From contig CAVTKL010000013.1 in assembly GCA_963735345.1 (NCBI GenBank), positions 103,897-167,896 of the forward strand: 64,000 nt of DNA, read 5' to 3'. The notes under the pieces are model-generated. The model searched no databases. It was not told the origin of the DNA and saw only the letters and a list, made by a program, of their open reading frames with translations. Position 1 is the first letter of the stretch. Each line of letters starts with the position of its first letter. Origin of the DNA: an uncultured Thermoleophilia bacterium. Lineage in GTDB: Bacteria > Actinomycetota > Thermoleophilia > UBA2241. This document shows positions 62,196-64,000 of the stretch, one piece after another. The position numbers and the translations under genes were made by a program.

Positions 62196-63190
62196 CTCAC
62201 CTCGAAACCGACGAGAGAGCGGTCCGGTGCGGCGTCGCACACCACGACCCGGTCGACGATGGCCGCCGACGGGCCCACGCTGCACCAGTCGAGCAGGGCG
62301 TCGACAACGGCCGCGTCGCCCTCTATGTGCAGCGCGACGGTGCCGTCGGCCCTGTTCCCGACCCAGCCGCGCAGGCCCAGGCGCAAGCCCTCGGCGCGCG
62401 CCATGGCGCGGTAGTACACGCCCTGCACACGACCGCTGACGCGCGCCTCCACGGCCTTCGTCGCAGCCGCCTCACCGCCGGCGCCCCCGGACTCGAGCGG
62501 AGCGCTCTCGCGGGACGCCGGTCCGCCGCTGCCGGAGCCGGGCTCCGCGCTCGCCAGAAGAGGCACGAAACGGCAGGCGACGCCGGGCTGGCGGGTGATG
62601 CTGTCCGCCTTGCGCTCGAAGACCGTCAGCGTCTGCTCGAGGTGGGTCTGCCCGATGGGGATCACCAAGCGGCCTCCGTCGGCCAGCTGCTCGATCAACG
62701 CCGGCGGGGCCTTCTCGGCGGCGGCCGCGACGAGGATGCGGTCGAAGGGCGCCTCCTGCGACCAGCCGCGCGTGCCGTCGCCGATGGCGATGTGGATGTT
62801 GTCGTAGGCCAGGCGGGCGAGCACCGCGCGAGCTCGCTCCGCCAGCGGAGCAAGCCGCTCGATCGCGTAGATCTCGCCCGCCAGCTCGGCGAGCACGGCC
62901 GTCTGGTACCCGCTCCCGCAGCCGATCTCCAGCACGCGACTGCGCACGTTGACGCGCAGCAGTTCGGTCATCAGGGCGACCATGTAGGGCTGCGAGATGG
63001 TCTGCCCGTACCCGATGGACAGCGGCGCATCGACGTAGGCCTTGTCCTCCAGCGCATCGGGCACGAAGAGATGGCGCGGCGCCGAGCGCAAGGCGTCGAG
63101 CACATCGCCGTCGCGGATGCCGCGCGCGGCGATCTGATCGTCCACCATGCGCGCCCGTCGCGCCGCTTGATCGTCGGCCATCTGCGTCAC
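62192..63190 (-). CDS. pcm: Protein-L-isoaspartate O-methyltransferase fused to acylphosphatase
   Basis: GQTISQPYMVA, LEIGCGSGY, FVPLL; then VSGRVQGVYYR...GWVGNRADGTV. Confidence 0.88.
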   Translation of the reverse strand: MTQMADDQAARRARMVDDQIAARGIRDGDVLDALRSAPRHLFVPDALEDKAYVDAPLSIGYGQTISQPYMVALMTELLRVNVRSRVLEIGCGSGYQTAVLAELAGEIYAIERLAPLAERARAVLARLAYDNIHIAIGDGTRGWSQEAPFDRILVAAAAEKAPPALIEQLADGGRLVIPIGQTHLEQTLTVFERKADSITRQPGVACRFVPLLASAEPGSGSGGPASRESAPLESGGAGGEAAATKAVEARVSGRVQGVYYRAMARAEGLRLGLRGWVGNRADGTVALHIEGDAAVVDALLDWCSVGPSAAIVDRVVVCDAAPDRSLVGFEVR

Positions 63191-63804
63191 CCTTCGTCTC
63201 GCGGCGTCTCCACGGCCGGCCTCTTTCCCAAGACGCTCCTGCGCTGCATCCTACGGTACTTGGCGCGCCGCAGGTAGCGTGTACGCCAGTAGACCGCGGT
63301 CGTGAAGGCCGCCGCGAGGTAACCGAAGGGCGAGAACACCAGCGTCAGCATGGTGGTCGCGAACGACGCGAGATCCTCCCACGTGCTCATCAGGACCAGC
63401 GCCGCATCGCTGGCGACGGTCTTGGGCCGCGAGCCCTGCTTGGTGTAGAGCGCGAACCACGCCAGAGCCGCGGCCGCGGCCCCGCCAATGGCGATACCCC
63501 ACCAGCCGAAGGGGATGGTCGAGGCGCCGGCGATGCCCCCCATGACGACGCGATACGGTATCGTGAGGCGACCCTGGACACGCTCGAAGGTGGGGATCTT
63601 GTCGAGCCCTGATTCGACGATCGCCAGCACGATGAAGATGACGATGACCTGCCAGTAGCCGAGGAAGGCGAAGACGGGGTTGAGCGTCGTCCCCGCATGC
63701 AGGTGATGCATCATCCCGATCACGGCGAGGGTGAGCGACGGGCGTATGCCGGCGGAGGTGCCTAATCCGGCGACACGTCCCCCGGCGAACAGGAGCTCGA
63801 TCAC
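63187..63804 (-). CDS. DUF4126-like membrane protein
   Basis: GLGTSAGIR, LAIVESGLDKIP, STWED. Confidence 0.75.
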   Translation of the reverse strand: MIELLFAGGRVAGLGTSAGIRPSLTLAVIGMMHHLHAGTTLNPVFAFLGYWQVIVIFIVLAIVESGLDKIPTFERVQGRLTIPYRVVMGGIAGASTIPFGWWGIAIGGAAAAALAWFALYTKQGSRPKTVASDAALVLMSTWEDLASFATTMLTLVFSPFGYLAAAFTTAVYWRTRYLRRAKYRRMQRRSVLGKRPAVETPRDEG

Positions 63805-63859
63805 GGCACTCCCTTCGTTTCGGGGATTCTACCCGGCGTGCCCGCGCCGTCGCCAGAGC

Positions 63860-64000
63860 TCAGCGAACACCCTCGTAGGCCGCGCGGCCCTGCTCGTACA
63901 GGTCGCCGCCGTAGCAGTCGTTCACGACGACCGCCGGGAACTCGCTGACCTCCAGACGAGCCAGTGCCTCGGCCCCCAGCTCGGGATAGGCGATCACCTC
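63860..64000 (-). CDS. Fe-S fumarate/tartrate hydro-lyase beta subunit, C-terminal end
   Basis: EVIAYPELGAEALARLEVSEFPAVVVNDCYGGDLYEQG. Confidence 0.85.
   Translation of the reverse strand, partial: EVIAYPELGAEALARLEVSEFPAVVVNDCYGGDLYEQGRAAYEGVR

Overview
High-GC bacterial DNA, probably actinobacterial (Thermoleophilia-like; inferred from gene style only). It has two parts. Bases ~1-51.7 kb form an accessory mosaic downstream of a minus-strand tRNA-Ala(TGC) at 51718-51793, with short genes, gene fragments and diverged internal duplications. Bases ~51.8-64 kb hold more core-like genes (cls, fumC, HD/PHP hydrolases, csoR operon, pcm). Main signals: (1) a GntR-regulated operon encoding an amine dehydrogenase-like protein, DppA, a non-Pyl MttB, and a second MttB with an in-frame TAG at the pyrrolysine position, although TAG is also a very common true stop here; (2) two extra tRNA-Ala 3' halves with conserved arms, delimiting integrase-less mini-islands of about 1.3 and 1.6 kb; (3) a MerR-HTH/vWA gene coupled to a multidomain Mesh1-like HD hydrolase plus zeta-toxin-like kinase; (4) a carbamoyltransferase with altered acceptor-site motifs next to carbamate kinase. 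Several conserved genes carry small frameshifts, which suggests sequencing indels. All family assignments come from motif recognition by eye, not from database searches.
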